A DNA stretch of 32,000 bases from Microcystis aeruginosa NIES-843. Lineage in GTDB: Bacteria; Cyanobacteriota; Cyanobacteriia; Cyanobacteriales; Microcystaceae. The stretch lies in contig NC_010296.1 of NCBI RefSeq assembly GCF_000010625.1, positions 2,010,001 through 2,042,000 of the forward strand, in the 5' to 3' direction. The translations under genes were made by a program, and so were the position numbers. Shown here piece by piece: positions 7,647 to 17,840 of this stretch; within the stretch, counting starts at the first letter, position 1, and the number at the start of each line of letters is the position of its first letter. Under the pieces are notes generated by a model. That model made no database searches, was not told the origin of the DNA, and saw nothing but the letters and a program-made list of their open reading frames with translations.

Positions 7647-9032
7647 TTAAGAAATTTCGGCGAGCATGGGGGCAGTCACCAGAGGTTCCCGTCGTCCTTT
7701 TAAGACCATGGGAACTCCTCGCGAGGGAGCAAGGGTGACACCGCGACGACTGGGTTTTTCGGGGGTATTATTAACTAGAGTTAACTGATAATTAGCCAAA
7801 ATTGTGGCGATAGCGATTTTCATCTCGTAGATAGCTAAAACTTCCCCGATACAACGACGCGCCCCACCACCAAAAGGCATATATTCATAGGGGGTGAATT
7901 GTTTTTCTAAAAAGCGTTCCGGTTTAAAAGTATGGGAATCGGGGAAAGTTTGCTCGCGGTGGTGAGCTAGATAAATACAACCCATAAGAATTGTCCCTTT
8001 TTCTAAAGGATAACCATCTAGTTCTACCGGTTTTTCCACTACTCGCGGAAAAGTTAACATTCCCACGGGATGAATGCGTAAAGTTTCCGAACAAACCGCC
8101 GAAAGATAGGGTAATCGAGTTATATCAATGGGGTTAGGATTATCTCCTAAAGTGGCTATTTCTTGCAGAATTTTTGCTTGAATTTCTGGATAGCGATGAG
8201 TCCAGTAGAGCGCCCAAGACATAGCGGTGGCGGTGGTTTCATGACCGGCGAATAATAAGGTCATTAATTCATCGCGCAATTCCTTATCGCTCATCGGGTT
8301 GCCTTCTTCGTCCCAGGCCGACATCAGGAGTGATAAAATATCGGTACGATTGGGGTTATGATTAGCTTTTCTTTCGGCAATTTCTGTATAGATAATATCA
8401 TCAATTTTTTCTTGGTAACGCTGGTATTTTCCCCAGGGACTCCAAGCACCAAAATCAGCCCGCAAAATTGGGAAAAATAACAAAGAAGCCATCACCGGAG
8501 AGTTAAAAATATCGAGCATTTCAGCGAGAGTTTTTTTCAGGGTTTGATAACGTTCCCCTTGACTAATTCCAAAAACTGCCTCCATAATTACTTGTAAAGC
8601 AATCGCTGTGGTCGCTGAACGGGCCTTAAAAGGTTGATTTTGGGGCAATTCTGCCATTACTCTCAGGGTAATATCGCGGATTAAATCGCCGTAGAAACGC
8701 ATTCTTTCCCCGTGAAAAGGTGGCAATAAAAGCTGACGGCGTTTTTTGTGGATGTCTCCGTCTAACATGACGACGGAATAATCACCAATAATCGGGGCAA
8801 TAATCCGATTGGCTTCCCCCGGTGCCGAGAATTGTTTACGGTCATTAGTTAAAATTTGTTGTAGGGCCGAAGGACTACTGACAAAGATAAAATTATCTAC
8901 AGTTAAACCCACTTTTGTGCTAAAAATATCGCCATGCTTGCGGGCGGCATTTTCCATAAAAGCTACGGGATTAATGATCCATTGTGCCATTTGCAGGAAG
9001 GTAGGGGCTTTGACCTTGGGGAGGATTTTCAT
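7647..9032 (-). CDS. Cytochrome P450
   Basis: 461 aa. Heme-binding loop FGGGARRCIGEVLA, I-helix FAGHETTA, ExxR (SETLRIHP). Confidence 0.9.
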   Translation of the reverse strand: MKILPKVKAPTFLQMAQWIINPVAFMENAARKHGDIFSTKVGLTVDNFIFVSSPSALQQILTNDRKQFSAPGEANRIIAPIIGDYSVVMLDGDIHKKRRQLLLPPFHGERMRFYGDLIRDITLRVMAELPQNQPFKARSATTAIALQVIMEAVFGISQGERYQTLKKTLAEMLDIFNSPVMASLLFFPILRADFGAWSPWGKYQRYQEKIDDIIYTEIAERKANHNPNRTDILSLLMSAWDEEGNPMSDKELRDELMTLLFAGHETTATAMSWALYWTHRYPEIQAKILQEIATLGDNPNPIDITRLPYLSAVCSETLRIHPVGMLTFPRVVEKPVELDGYPLEKGTILMGCIYLAHHREQTFPDSHTFKPERFLEKQFTPYEYMPFGGGARRCIGEVLAIYEMKIAIATILANYQLTLVNNTPEKPSRRGVTLAPSRGVPMVLKGRREPLVTAPMLAEIS

Positions 9033-9372
9033 AGATTAATTGCTATATCGAATGCTAATTATTTCTAATTGTGACATTTTTTCCCCAGAGACGGCAAGGT
9101 GTAATAAGCTGCCCGCGCATTTAAATTGCTTATTGAGATGAGGCAAGAGGCACTCTTGCAAGGGGCAAGAGGCAAAAGTAAAGGGATTAGGGGAGATTTA
9201 GCTAATCTAAGGATAGGCAGTTAAGATACCTCTTAGCTTATCAAGTAAACAGCAAAATTTACCGGGCTGTTGCTTGTCCTATCTTCTCCCAGAGAGGGGG
9301 ATTTTCTGGGAATTTTCAGGATTGGCTTTCTGGTCTAAACAATGATAACTACGGTAGAATAGCCCCTAGTTC

Positions 9373-9596
9373 TATTTAGGGTTTGCTGAAAAAGCTTTTC
9401 CTAGGGGCAGGGTGTGGGGTGTGGGGTGTGGGGTGTGGGGTTTTACCGATTTTCAGGTGGTCAACTACCTAATTTTCAGGGAAAAAGTACCTGAATTTTC
9501 CCCCGATCCCCGCAATGGCTGGCACTTTTTGAGGGGAAAAAAGTCCAAAAGTCTTATCCAACAAGGTTTTTAGATTTATTCAGCAAACCCTATTTA
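9373..9596. mobile_element. MITE with related TIR (TAGGGTTTGCTGAA ... TTCAGCAAACCCTA) but a different interior; contains (GGGGTGT)4
   Basis: Inverted termini at about 9376-9390 and about 9579-9594. Internal GGGGTGT run at 9404-9440. Confidence 0.65.
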
Positions 9597-9647
9597 ATTC
9601 GCTTTTATAGTTTAATCTCTCTTTTATTCTCTTTTTAGGGACTTGTG

Positions 9648-10403
9648 ATGATTATTTCCCAGTCCAGCAACTGGAAAAAGCTGGTTATTTGCCGTTATTT
9701 GCCGCTGCTAATCGCCTTTAGCGGCACTTTTCTCCTGATTACTCCCCCCGCTTTTGCCCTCGAATCCAGTGCCTCCACCGGTTTTAATCCTCAAACTATT
9801 CTTTTCAATGCCTTAACTTGGGTGGATAGTTTGGGGTCTGTGGGAGCGATCGCGTTTATAATTATCTATATTCTAGCTACTGTGGCCTTTTTTCCAGGTT
9901 CAATCCTGACTTTAGGGGCTGGTGTGGTTTTTGGCCTGGTTTTAGGCTCTTTTTACGTCTTTATCGGGGCAACTATCGGCGCTACTGTCGCTTTTCTGGT
10001 GGGACGTTATCTGGCTAGGGGTTGGGTGGCGGAAAAAATTCAAGGTAATAGTAAATTTCAAGCTATCGATGAAGCTGTGGGGAGAGAAGGCTTAAAAATA
10101 GTGCTTTTAACCCGTTTATCTCCCGTATTTCCCTTTAATCTGCTCAATTATGCCTATGGTGTCACCGGGGTTTCCCTGAAAGATTATCTACTAGGTTCCG
10201 CGGGCATGATTCCGGGGACGATAATGTATGTTTATATTGGCTCTTTAGCGGGTAATCTTGCCACTATCGGCACCTCAACACCAGCTACTAACCCAGTTTT
10301 ACAATGGACTATTCGCCTGATCGGTTTTATCGCTACCGTTGCCGTCACCCTCTACGTCACAAAAATTGCCCGTCAGGCCCTGGCATCAGTTATCAATGAA
10401 TAG
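9648..10403 (+). CDS. TVP38/TMEM64 (DedA/SNARE-associated) family membrane protein
   Basis: About 251 aa, multi-TM. LTRLSPVFPFNLLNYAYGVTGVSLKDYLLGS is typical of the family. ATG at 9648 preferred over the GTG at 9645 used in the track. Confidence 0.75.
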   Translation: MIISQSSNWKKLVICRYLPLLIAFSGTFLLITPPAFALESSASTGFNPQTILFNALTWVDSLGSVGAIAFIIIYILATVAFFPGSILTLGAGVVFGLVLGSFYVFIGATIGATVAFLVGRYLARGWVAEKIQGNSKFQAIDEAVGREGLKIVLLTRLSPVFPFNLLNYAYGVTGVSLKDYLLGSAGMIPGTIMYVYIGSLAGNLATIGTSTPATNPVLQWTIRLIGFIATVAVTLYVTKIARQALASVINE

Positions 10404-10420
10404 TAATCATTTATCAGTCA

Positions 10421-10554
<134 letters not shown>

Positions 10555-10667
10555 CAAAACCTAAGACTCTGCACCTCACAACTATGGGAATTGCTATAAC
10601 TGCTTTAATAAACCTCTTGCATAATTAATTTTTCAGGGTTCAAAAACGGCAAAAATAAGAATTAAAT

Positions 10668-10854
10668 GGCTCTTCGGGACTTGGTATGGTTCGATATGGG
10701 GGCATAAATCGACTGAATCCTTATCTGGCAAGAGATTTAATTGATTAGTTCGCTCTAGAGCAAAAACAATTGACAAAAATCGCTAAATGCCTTTCTATAT
10801 AAGGGTTCCATCCCTTATAACCCCCGTCCATTGCATAACACAAACCGAAGAGCC
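10668..10854. mobile_element. 187-bp MITE (TIR GGCTCTTCGG / CCGAAGAGCC) with 8-bp TSD AATTAAAT
   Basis: Same element as 17100-17287. Identical 8-mers flank it at 10660-10667 and 10855-10862. Confidence 0.85.
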
Positions 10855-10987
10855 AATTAAATTGCATAAAATCTGTAAATAGACCATTTAACTGATTATT
10901 ATTGATTCTTAATTATCCTGACTACTGACTACTGGCTACTGACTCCTAACCCTAACAACAATTTTTGATTTTTACAAGAGGTCTAAT

Positions 10988-12535
10988 ATGTTTGAAAATA
11001 GCTCTAGGGAAGTTAATGTTCTCCCCATGGACGAACATAATCAAAAATTAGTTAATTATGTTCATCCTGCCGATTGGGTCAATCCACAACCCCAAGATTG
11101 TTATGATTTAGTCGTCATTGGTGCGGGTACTGCGGGTTTAGTCGTAGCGGCGGGAGCGGCGGGTTTAGATATAGGTTTAAAAGTGGCTTTAGTGGAAAAA
11201 CACCTCATGGGGGGAGATTGCCTCAATTTCGGTTGTGTTCCTTCTAAATGTCTGATTCGTTCCTCTAGAATTATCGGGGAAATTGAGAAAGCCAAAAAAT
11301 TAGGAATTAATATTGGGGATACTAGGGTAGATTTTGCCAGAGTCATGACCAGAATGCGGCAAATTCGCGCCGATATTAGCCCTAATGATTCGGTGCAACG
11401 TTTCCAAAAACTAGGTATCGATGTCTTCTTGGGTAGCGCTCGTTTTTTAGGACAAAATGCTGTGGAAGTGACGGGAAAAACCCTCGATTATAAAAAAGCT
11501 GTCATTGCCACTGGTGCTGGGGCTTTTCATCCCGATATCCCCGGACTAAAAGAGGCTGGATTTTATACCAATGAAACAATTTTTTCCCTAACAGAATTAC
11601 CTCCTCGATTAGCTGTTATCGGTGGCGGGCCGATTGGTTGTGAATTAGCCCAAGCTTTTCAACGGTTAGGCGCGCAGGTGATTTTATTTCATAATCATTC
11701 CCATCTTTTGAATAAAGAAGACCGAGAAGCGACCGAAATTATTGAGAATACTTTCCTGCGGGAAGGAATGCAATTGATTCTCTGCTGCCAAATTGAACGG
11801 GTGACAAAAAATGAGCGGGGTAAAACCATTGAATATACAAGCAACGGTCAAGGAGCAACTATCACCGTTGACGAGATTTTAGTCGGTGCGGGCCGGGAGC
11901 CTAATGTGTCAGGATTAAATTTAGAAGCGGTAGCCGTGGAATACGATACTCGTCGGGGAGTCAAAGTTAATGATTATCTGCAAACTACTAACCCGAAAAT
12001 TTATGCGGCCGGTGATATCTGTATGGATTGGAAATTTACCCATGCCGCCGATGCAGCCGCCCGTATTGTGATTAAAAATACTCTCTTTTCTCCCTTCGGT
12101 TTCGGACGCTATAAGCTCAGTAATTTAGTTATGCCTTGGGTCACTTATACCGACCCAGAAATCGCCCATGTGGGCATGGATGAAACCCAAGCACAAGCCC
12201 GGGGATTGGCCACTAATACTATTAAAATTCCTTTGAGTATAGTCGATCGAGCTATCGCTGATGGGGAAACAGCAGGTTTTTTAAAAATTATTCACAAACA
12301 AGGTTCCGACCAAATTTTAGGAGCCACTATCGTCGCCGCTCACGCCGGTGAGATGATTTCTCAAATTACCACCGCTATGGTTGCTAAAATCGGACTGAGT
12401 AAACTCTCTACTGTTATTCATCCCTATCCTACCCAAGCGGAAGCGATTAAAAAGGCCGCCGATGCCTATCGTCGAACTCTCTTGACTCCTAATAGTCAAA
12501 AATTCTTGGAATTGTTGGCTAAATTATCGGGTTAA
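10988..12535 (+). CDS. Pyridine nucleotide-disulfide oxidoreductase (MerA-like / dihydrolipoyl-dehydrogenase family flavoprotein)
   Basis: 515 aa. FAD GxGxxG (VIGAGTAG), redox-active disulfide GGDCLNFGCVPSK, NAD(P)H site IGGGPIGCE, C-terminal HPYPTQAE dimerisation motif. No C-terminal Cys pair, so probably not a true mercuric reductase. Confidence 0.85.
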   Translation: MFENSSREVNVLPMDEHNQKLVNYVHPADWVNPQPQDCYDLVVIGAGTAGLVVAAGAAGLDIGLKVALVEKHLMGGDCLNFGCVPSKCLIRSSRIIGEIEKAKKLGINIGDTRVDFARVMTRMRQIRADISPNDSVQRFQKLGIDVFLGSARFLGQNAVEVTGKTLDYKKAVIATGAGAFHPDIPGLKEAGFYTNETIFSLTELPPRLAVIGGGPIGCELAQAFQRLGAQVILFHNHSHLLNKEDREATEIIENTFLREGMQLILCCQIERVTKNERGKTIEYTSNGQGATITVDEILVGAGREPNVSGLNLEAVAVEYDTRRGVKVNDYLQTTNPKIYAAGDICMDWKFTHAADAAARIVIKNTLFSPFGFGRYKLSNLVMPWVTYTDPEIAHVGMDETQAQARGLATNTIKIPLSIVDRAIADGETAGFLKIIHKQGSDQILGATIVAAHAGEMISQITTAMVAKIGLSKLSTVIHPYPTQAEAIKKAADAYRRTLLTPNSQKFLELLAKLSG

Positions 12536-12556
12536 AATCAATGATTGCCACCGGAG

Positions 12557-14776
12557 AACTGCGGCAGAACTTTGAACCCACATTCCGCACCCTCAACTGT
12601 CACATAATACCAAATTTCTAAATCCATGACAGACATCCACGCTCGAATGCTTGCCAAGCCGGTGTTCGTTGTGACGCGAATAAAGAAAAATGGTGTAAGC
12701 TGTCCCCCTCCAGAGACTTGAGTAAAAATACCTAGCTGGTGAAGGTTTTCTCGGTGGCCGCTAGGGGGGTCTTGAGACCCCTAATTATGAAAAAATAGGA
12801 ATTGTTGGAAAACTGAGGCGAGTGGACTGTTCGACCATGAATCAATCAACAGAAATTGAAGTCAAAAATCTAGACCATCTGGGATTAGTAGCCGGAATTA
12901 TCGATGAAATAGGAATCGTTGAAATTATCAACGAACAAGTCTCAATTGAGCGAGGAGAAATTGTCACAGCGGGGCAAGTAGTGAAAGCAATTATCCTGAA
13001 TGGATTGGGATTTGTCTCCCGAGCCTTGTATTTATTTCCTCAATTTTTTGAAGATAAAGCAACCGAACATCTGCTGGGAGAGGGCATCGAACCCAAGCAC
13101 TTGAATGATGATAAAATTGGTCGAGTAATGGACAAACTTTATCAACTGGATGTTTCGGGTATTTTCCTACTCATCAGTTTAGCCGCCGTGAAAAAATTTG
13201 GTGTAGCAACCGAGAACTCCCATTTAGATTCGACTTCTCTATCAGTAGAAGGAGAATATAAAAAGGAATACCCAACAGTAGAAATCCTGAAATCAGGAGC
13301 AGTGGGAGAAGAAATTGAAACCAGACAACAGCCAATAAAAATTACCTACGGATACTCCCGCGACCGACGACCTGACTTAAAACAATTTATGATTGACTTA
13401 ATCGTAAGTGGGGATGGAGATGTACCTTTATTCCTGAAAGTAGGGGACGGAAATGAAGCGGACAAAGCGGTTTTTGGTCAAATCGCCCGAGAATTTAAAA
13501 AACAAGTTGACTTTGACAGTTTAATAGTCGGCGATAGCGCCCTCTATAGCAAAGAGAATTTAAAACTAATGAAAGAAATGCGTTGGTTGTCTCGAGTACC
13601 ATTAAGCATTAAAGAGGCTCAAGAGTTAGTCGATAGCATCTCAGAAAAAGAGTTAACCGATTCAGAAATACCGGGTTATTCCTGGCGGGAAACAAGCTCT
13701 AACTATGGGGGGATAGAACAAAGATGGTTGCTAGTTGAAAGTCAAGCTAGACAAGAATCAGACTTGAAAAAATTAGAGAAAAAAATCGAGCAGGAAAAGA
13801 ATTCTGCCCAAGAAAAAATCCGGCAACTATCCCGAAGAGAATTTGAGAATAGAGCGGTGGCGTTGGCGATAGCCAAAGGATTATCTGACTCCTTAAAATC
13901 TCATCAGTTAACGGAGATTAAAGTCAATCTCATTCCGCCTGAGTCCCAGGGGTCAAAACTCAAATCAAAAGACGATTTACCCTCTCAAAGCTATCAAGTT
14001 CAAGCCAAATTAGAGTTGAATTTGACCGCCATTGAGAGGCTAAAGAAACGAGCAGGACGATTCGTTTTAGCAACTAACGATTTGGAGAAACAACGATTAA
14101 GCAGTGAGGATATACTCAAAAAATATAAAGGGCAACAAGCTCCGGAAAGAGGATTTTCTTTTCTCAAAGACCCCTGCTTTTTTGCCCACAGTGTCTTTCT
14201 CAAATCTCCCCATAGAATCGAGGTCATGGCCATGCTCATGGGCTTGTGCCTGCTGGTTTATACTATTGGTCAAAGACAACTTCGTTTAAGTTTAAAACAG
14301 CAGGAGACGGGACTGAAAAATCCGTTGGGTAAGTTAACTGACCGACCGACGTTACGCTGGATATTTCAGTGCTTTCAAGGGATTCATCTCGTCCGTATTC
14401 AAGACAATCAAAAGATTAGCAACTTAACGGATGAGAGGCGCAACATTTTGAGATTTTTTCCCAAACCTTGCCAGGAATATTATCTCTTATCTTGACCAGA
14501 TGGATTGACTTCAAGGGGTGACAAAACAAAGCGAGCAACTGGAACATCTCCCCCTAGATGTTAAGTCTGATTGCCTAGTCATTCTCAACAAGCACTGTTT
14601 ATTGAGAATGACCGGGGGAACTCTGAAATTTTCGGCTTAGTTGCCGGCAGCTTGCCGCCAACTCACTCCTCTAGATAAGTATTTTGACTCACGCCCCTTC
14701 CTCTTTTGAGACGTTGTGACACTTAGGGTGCGGAATGTGGGTTTGAACAATTCTGGCGGGAAGCTGCCGCGCAGTT
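12557..14776 (+). mobile_element. IS1634-family (IS4 superfamily) insertion sequence; ends approximate
   Basis: Imperfect inverted termini: aactgcggcag...ttgaacccacattccgcaccct (12557-12593) versus agggtgcggaatgtgggtt...ctgccgcgcagtt (14725-14776), enclosing one transposase gene. Confidence 0.7.
12837..14495 (+). CDS. IS1634-family transposase
   Basis: About 552 aa. The N-terminal NLDHLGLVAGIIDEIGI motif and overall length and architecture are typical of IS1634 transposases. ATG at 12837 preferred over GTG at 12822. Confidence 0.75.
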   Translation: MNQSTEIEVKNLDHLGLVAGIIDEIGIVEIINEQVSIERGEIVTAGQVVKAIILNGLGFVSRALYLFPQFFEDKATEHLLGEGIEPKHLNDDKIGRVMDKLYQLDVSGIFLLISLAAVKKFGVATENSHLDSTSLSVEGEYKKEYPTVEILKSGAVGEEIETRQQPIKITYGYSRDRRPDLKQFMIDLIVSGDGDVPLFLKVGDGNEADKAVFGQIAREFKKQVDFDSLIVGDSALYSKENLKLMKEMRWLSRVPLSIKEAQELVDSISEKELTDSEIPGYSWRETSSNYGGIEQRWLLVESQARQESDLKKLEKKIEQEKNSAQEKIRQLSRREFENRAVALAIAKGLSDSLKSHQLTEIKVNLIPPESQGSKLKSKDDLPSQSYQVQAKLELNLTAIERLKKRAGRFVLATNDLEKQRLSSEDILKKYKGQQAPERGFSFLKDPCFFAHSVFLKSPHRIEVMAMLMGLCLLVYTIGQRQLRLSLKQQETGLKNPLGKLTDRPTLRWIFQCFQGIHLVRIQDNQKISNLTDERRNILRFFPKPCQEYYLLS

Positions 14777-14869
14777 GGGAAACGCCCAATCCCTCACCGA
14801 ACGGGGGTCGGGGAAATGGCAGGAGTACCAGTTGGAGAAATACCAACCCCTGACGTAGCTCTGCCCTTT

Positions 14870-15268
14870 TTAGAATACAAGTAAACGGTGAAAACCTTCT
14901 TGCTCAAAATGGCGATCGGTGGTTAATGCTTCATTAATATTGAACTGACGCATCAATAAAAAGCTAACTGCATCACACAAGGAATAAGTCTTATCTTGCC
15001 GTGCCATCAATAGTTTGACCGCAGCACGATGTAAAGGCTCATCTATCCAAACTGTCTCGATATCTGGATTTTCTAGCAAATCGGTGATAAATTCTAGGGT
15101 AGCTAAACGCGGGTAACGCCGAACTTGAGCTAGAGCAACTAACTCTGCTAAAACGTAACTGTGGGTGATGCTTTTACCTGCACTATCTAACAATTGGACA
15201 GCTTCTTCATGTCCTGGTTGATCACGATAGACATAGCAAAGTAACCCAGAAGTATCGAGGAGTATCAC
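14870..15268 (-). CDS. vapC: Type II toxin VapC (PIN domain ribonuclease)
   Basis: 132 aa. PIN acidic residues in the usual places (ILLDTS, LAEL, LCDAVS, TTDRHF). 4-nt overlap with the upstream small gene. Confidence 0.8.
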   Translation of the reverse strand: MILLDTSGLLCYVYRDQPGHEEAVQLLDSAGKSITHSYVLAELVALAQVRRYPRLATLEFITDLLENPDIETVWIDEPLHRAAVKLLMARQDKTYSLCDAVSFLLMRQFNINEALTTDRHFEQEGFHRLLVF

Positions 15269-15561
15269 CGATTTGATGTCTCCTCATGAGTATCTCCATA
15301 CTCTCTCCCTAAGTCAGCATCAATGCTTTCATTATCTGCTCCTGTCGGATAGCCGCTAATTGAGCCAGCGTGCGCTCGAAAGCGTTGACGTGCTGCTTCT
15401 TTTTCGGCTTCCGTGCGTTGGTCTTTAGCTTTTGTTAAGCGATACTGTCGTTCGAGGGAAGTTGTTACTAATTCTGACAGGTCGATACCTAATATTTTAG
15501 CTTGCTGTTGCAAGGCGGCATAGACTTCATCGCTCAATTCTAGGGTTAAGACTTGACTCAT
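15265..15561 (-). CDS. VapB-type antitoxin (family uncertain)
   Basis: 98 aa, coupled upstream of vapC, with a charged and probably disordered C-terminus. Confidence 0.55.
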   Translation of the reverse strand: MSQVLTLELSDEVYAALQQQAKILGIDLSELVTTSLERQYRLTKAKDQRTEAEKEAARQRFRAHAGSISGYPTGADNESIDADLGREYGDTHEETSNR

Positions 15562-15741
15562 TTGGCTGTACCTTCATTGTGGCTATTGATTAGATTAATT
15601 TCTTTTTTAACTCTTTGACCATTATAACCTCGGACATCAGCTTGTCTCTTCACAGTAGCACTGTAGGGTGGGTTAGCGACAGCGTAACCCACCGAATATT
15701 AGGAAATTGATGGTGCGTTACATTAACATTAACGCACCCTA

Positions 15742-16989
15742 CTGGACTGTTTCAGCTAAAATAGGGCAATAGCTCGAACAAGCAGAGGACATCAATCATG
15801 GGAAGAGGTCGGCGAGATAAAGTCAATCTAACAGGGGAACAAAGAGAAAACCTCGAACAAATCAGTCGTAATGGCTATGCACCAGCTAAAAAAATTCTCC
15901 ACGCTCGGATTTTGCTGATGTGTGACGAGGGAGAACAGGCGAAAAGGAAATGGACAGATGAAGAAATAGGCGAAGCTTTAGAAGTTCATAGAAATACAGT
16001 GGGACGTATTCGTCAAAGATTTCTTCAAAAAGGCGAAAAACCAGCATTAGAACGGAAATCGAGAAAAACTCCCCCCACTCCGGCAAAAGTTGATGGAGCC
16101 GCCGCCGCCCAAATCATTGCCCTGTGCTGTTCGGAGCCACCATCTGGCCGAGCCGAGTGGACAATCCGACTATTAACCTCGGAACTCAAACAAAGACAAA
16201 TTATCACCGAGATTTCCAGTCCAACGGTGTGGCGTACTCTAAAAAAAACCAATTACGCCCTTGGAAAACCCAAAGATACTGTATTCCGGAACAGGATTTA
16301 GCCCGATTTGTTGCCCAGATGGAAGTTGTCCTTGACCTGTATGGCACTCAGCCATCGGAAGAAGAACCGTTAATCGCGATGGATGAAGCATCAAAGCAAC
16401 TACTTGGAGAAGTTTACCCTCCGATACCCATGCAACCTGGACAAGATAAAAAAGAAGACTATCACTATAGTCGTGAAGGGGTTCAAGCCTTGTTCATGTT
16501 TTTTGACCCCCATCGAGGATGGAGACGGGTGAGTAACCGAGATAGTCGAACCCGAATAGATTGGGCAGAAGAAATTCGTCAATTATTGGATGTGGACTAT
16601 CCAAAGGCTCGAAAAGTCAAGCTCGTCTGTGATAATCTCAACACTCATAACATAGCCTCGCTTTATGAAGCATTTCCAGCACCCGTTGCTCATCGTTTAG
16701 CTAGAAGACTGGAAATTTATTACACACCTCGTAATGGTAGCTGGTTAAATGTAGCCGAAACTGAACTAAGCGTCTTATCGAGGCAATGTTTAGATAGAAG
16801 GATTTCTAGCAAGGAAGAACTGAAAAGGGAGATAGAAACCTGGCAAAAAGAACGTAATCAGACTGCATCTACAGTAATATGGACGTTTACGACCAGCGAT
16901 GCTAGGGTCAAGCTGAAACATCTTTATCCTGTGTTTGAGGAGGAGGAATCGGGAGAATCTATTGCACCAAATTAGCTGAAACAGTCCAC
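15742..16989 (+). mobile_element. IS630-family insertion sequence, 1248 bp, flanked by TA
   Basis: TIRs CTGGACTGTTTCAGCTAA (15742-) and TTAGCTGAAACAGTCCAC (-16989). TA on both sides (15740-41 and 16990-91), the IS630/Tc1 target duplication. Confidence 0.85.
15798..16975 (+). CDS. IS630-family transposase in two frames (orfA 15798-16301, orfB 16124-16975); needs a -1 shift on A8 at 16241-16248
   Basis: orfA ...VWRTLKK then orfB NQLRPWKTQRYCIPEQD... restores the family-typical LKKN.L+PW...+.WCIP junction. orfB carries the DDE region. Confidence 0.75.
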
Positions 16990-16998
16990 TACGAAAGC

Positions 16999-17401
16999 TT
17001 ATAAGTCATCTTCCGATAATCGAGCTATTTTCATAATTGATTTTAAAGTTCCAATTTTTAAGTCCTGATTGCGGTGTACAGGAATAGATAGAATTTTATG
17101 GTTCTTCGTTACTTGGTATGGTTTGATCGGGTGGCATAAATCGACTAAATCCTTATCTGGCAAGAGACTTAATTGATTAGCTCGTTCTAGATCGAAAACA
17201 ATTGGCAAAAATCGAAGCAATGTCTTTATATATAAGGGTTTCATCCCTTATAACCCCCCTCCATTGCATAACAAAAACCGAAGAACCAATTTTATCTTCA
17301 TCCTCCTTTTCATAAATATGGTGACTACTGGTAATTTTTTTGAGTATCCAACCTTTTTTTTCGACAATTTTACAGAGTTTTTTCCCTGATATTGATTTCA
17401 T
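16999..17401 (-). pseudogene. hicA: hicA toxin gene interrupted by a MITE
   Basis: Track ORFs 17177-17401 (N-terminal part, MKSISGKKLCKIVEKKGWILKKITSSHHIYEKEDEDKI) and 16999-17244 (C-terminal part, LSIPVHRNQDLKIGTLKSIMKIARLSEDDL) are two halves of one HicA. Removing 17100-17287 plus one 8-bp TSD leaves 207 nt, an intact 68-codon ORF. Confidence 0.85.
17100..17287. mobile_element. 188-bp MITE (TIR GGTTCTTCG / CGAAGAACC) with 8-bp TSD AATTTTAT, inserted in hicA
   Basis: Collinear with 10668-10854. Identical 8-mers at 17092-17099 and 17288-17295. Confidence 0.85.
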
Positions 17402-17601
17402 ACAGCAATTTCAATCACTTCTGACCTAGATTCAGGTTGTTTGCTTTCATTGGCAACTTCTAACCAGCCTTGTATGGCATCTTGGAGGTTATCGACAACT
17501 TCGTCCATACTATCTCCTTCTGTTATACAACCGGGCAGAGCGGGAACTTCAGCCCAGTAACCGCCTTCTTCGGCTGGATGAATAATAGCTTTGATTTTCA
17601 T
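17398..17601 (-). CDS. hicB: HicB antitoxin (UPF0150/HicB-like)
   Basis: 67 aa from the internal ATG at 17601 (MKIKAIIHPAEEGGYWAEVPALPGCITEGDSMDEVVDNLQDAIQGWLE). ATGA overlap with the hicA start. The 57-aa N-terminal extension in the track ORF has no family resemblance. Confidence 0.75.
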   Translation of the reverse strand: MKIKAIIHPAEEGGYWAEVPALPGCITEGDSMDEVVDNLQDAIQGWLEVANESKQPESRSEVIEIAV

Positions 17602-17840
17602 CAGGTTCAGAATTTTTGAAAACTTATCTTTTATTTTAATATGAATATGGAAGTTGGGTTTCCTTGCGTCAACCCAACCTACAGGCGATGCGATCACACT
17701 ATTAGATATGTAGATATGATTAGATAAGGTACAATGAAAGATGTAGATGCACCTACTTAAGCCATGAAACAAGTTCTCAAAAATATTGAGGTATCAGAGA
17801 TTCCCACACTAATCGATACATGGATAGATATTCCTGTAAA

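Noticed and set aside
14637-14846. 69-aa minus-strand ORF.
   Set aside because: It overlaps the right inverted repeat of the IS1634-like element and has no coding features.
15886-16582. Three minus-strand ORFs (15886-16086, 16025-16252, 16400-16582).
   Set aside because: They are antisense shadows within the IS630 transposase gene.
17602-17772. N-terminal 57-aa extension of the hicB ORF (track start at 17772).
   Set aside because: HicB-like sequence starts at the internal Met (17601). The extension is Cys/His/Ile-rich junk overlapping AT-rich promoter-like DNA.
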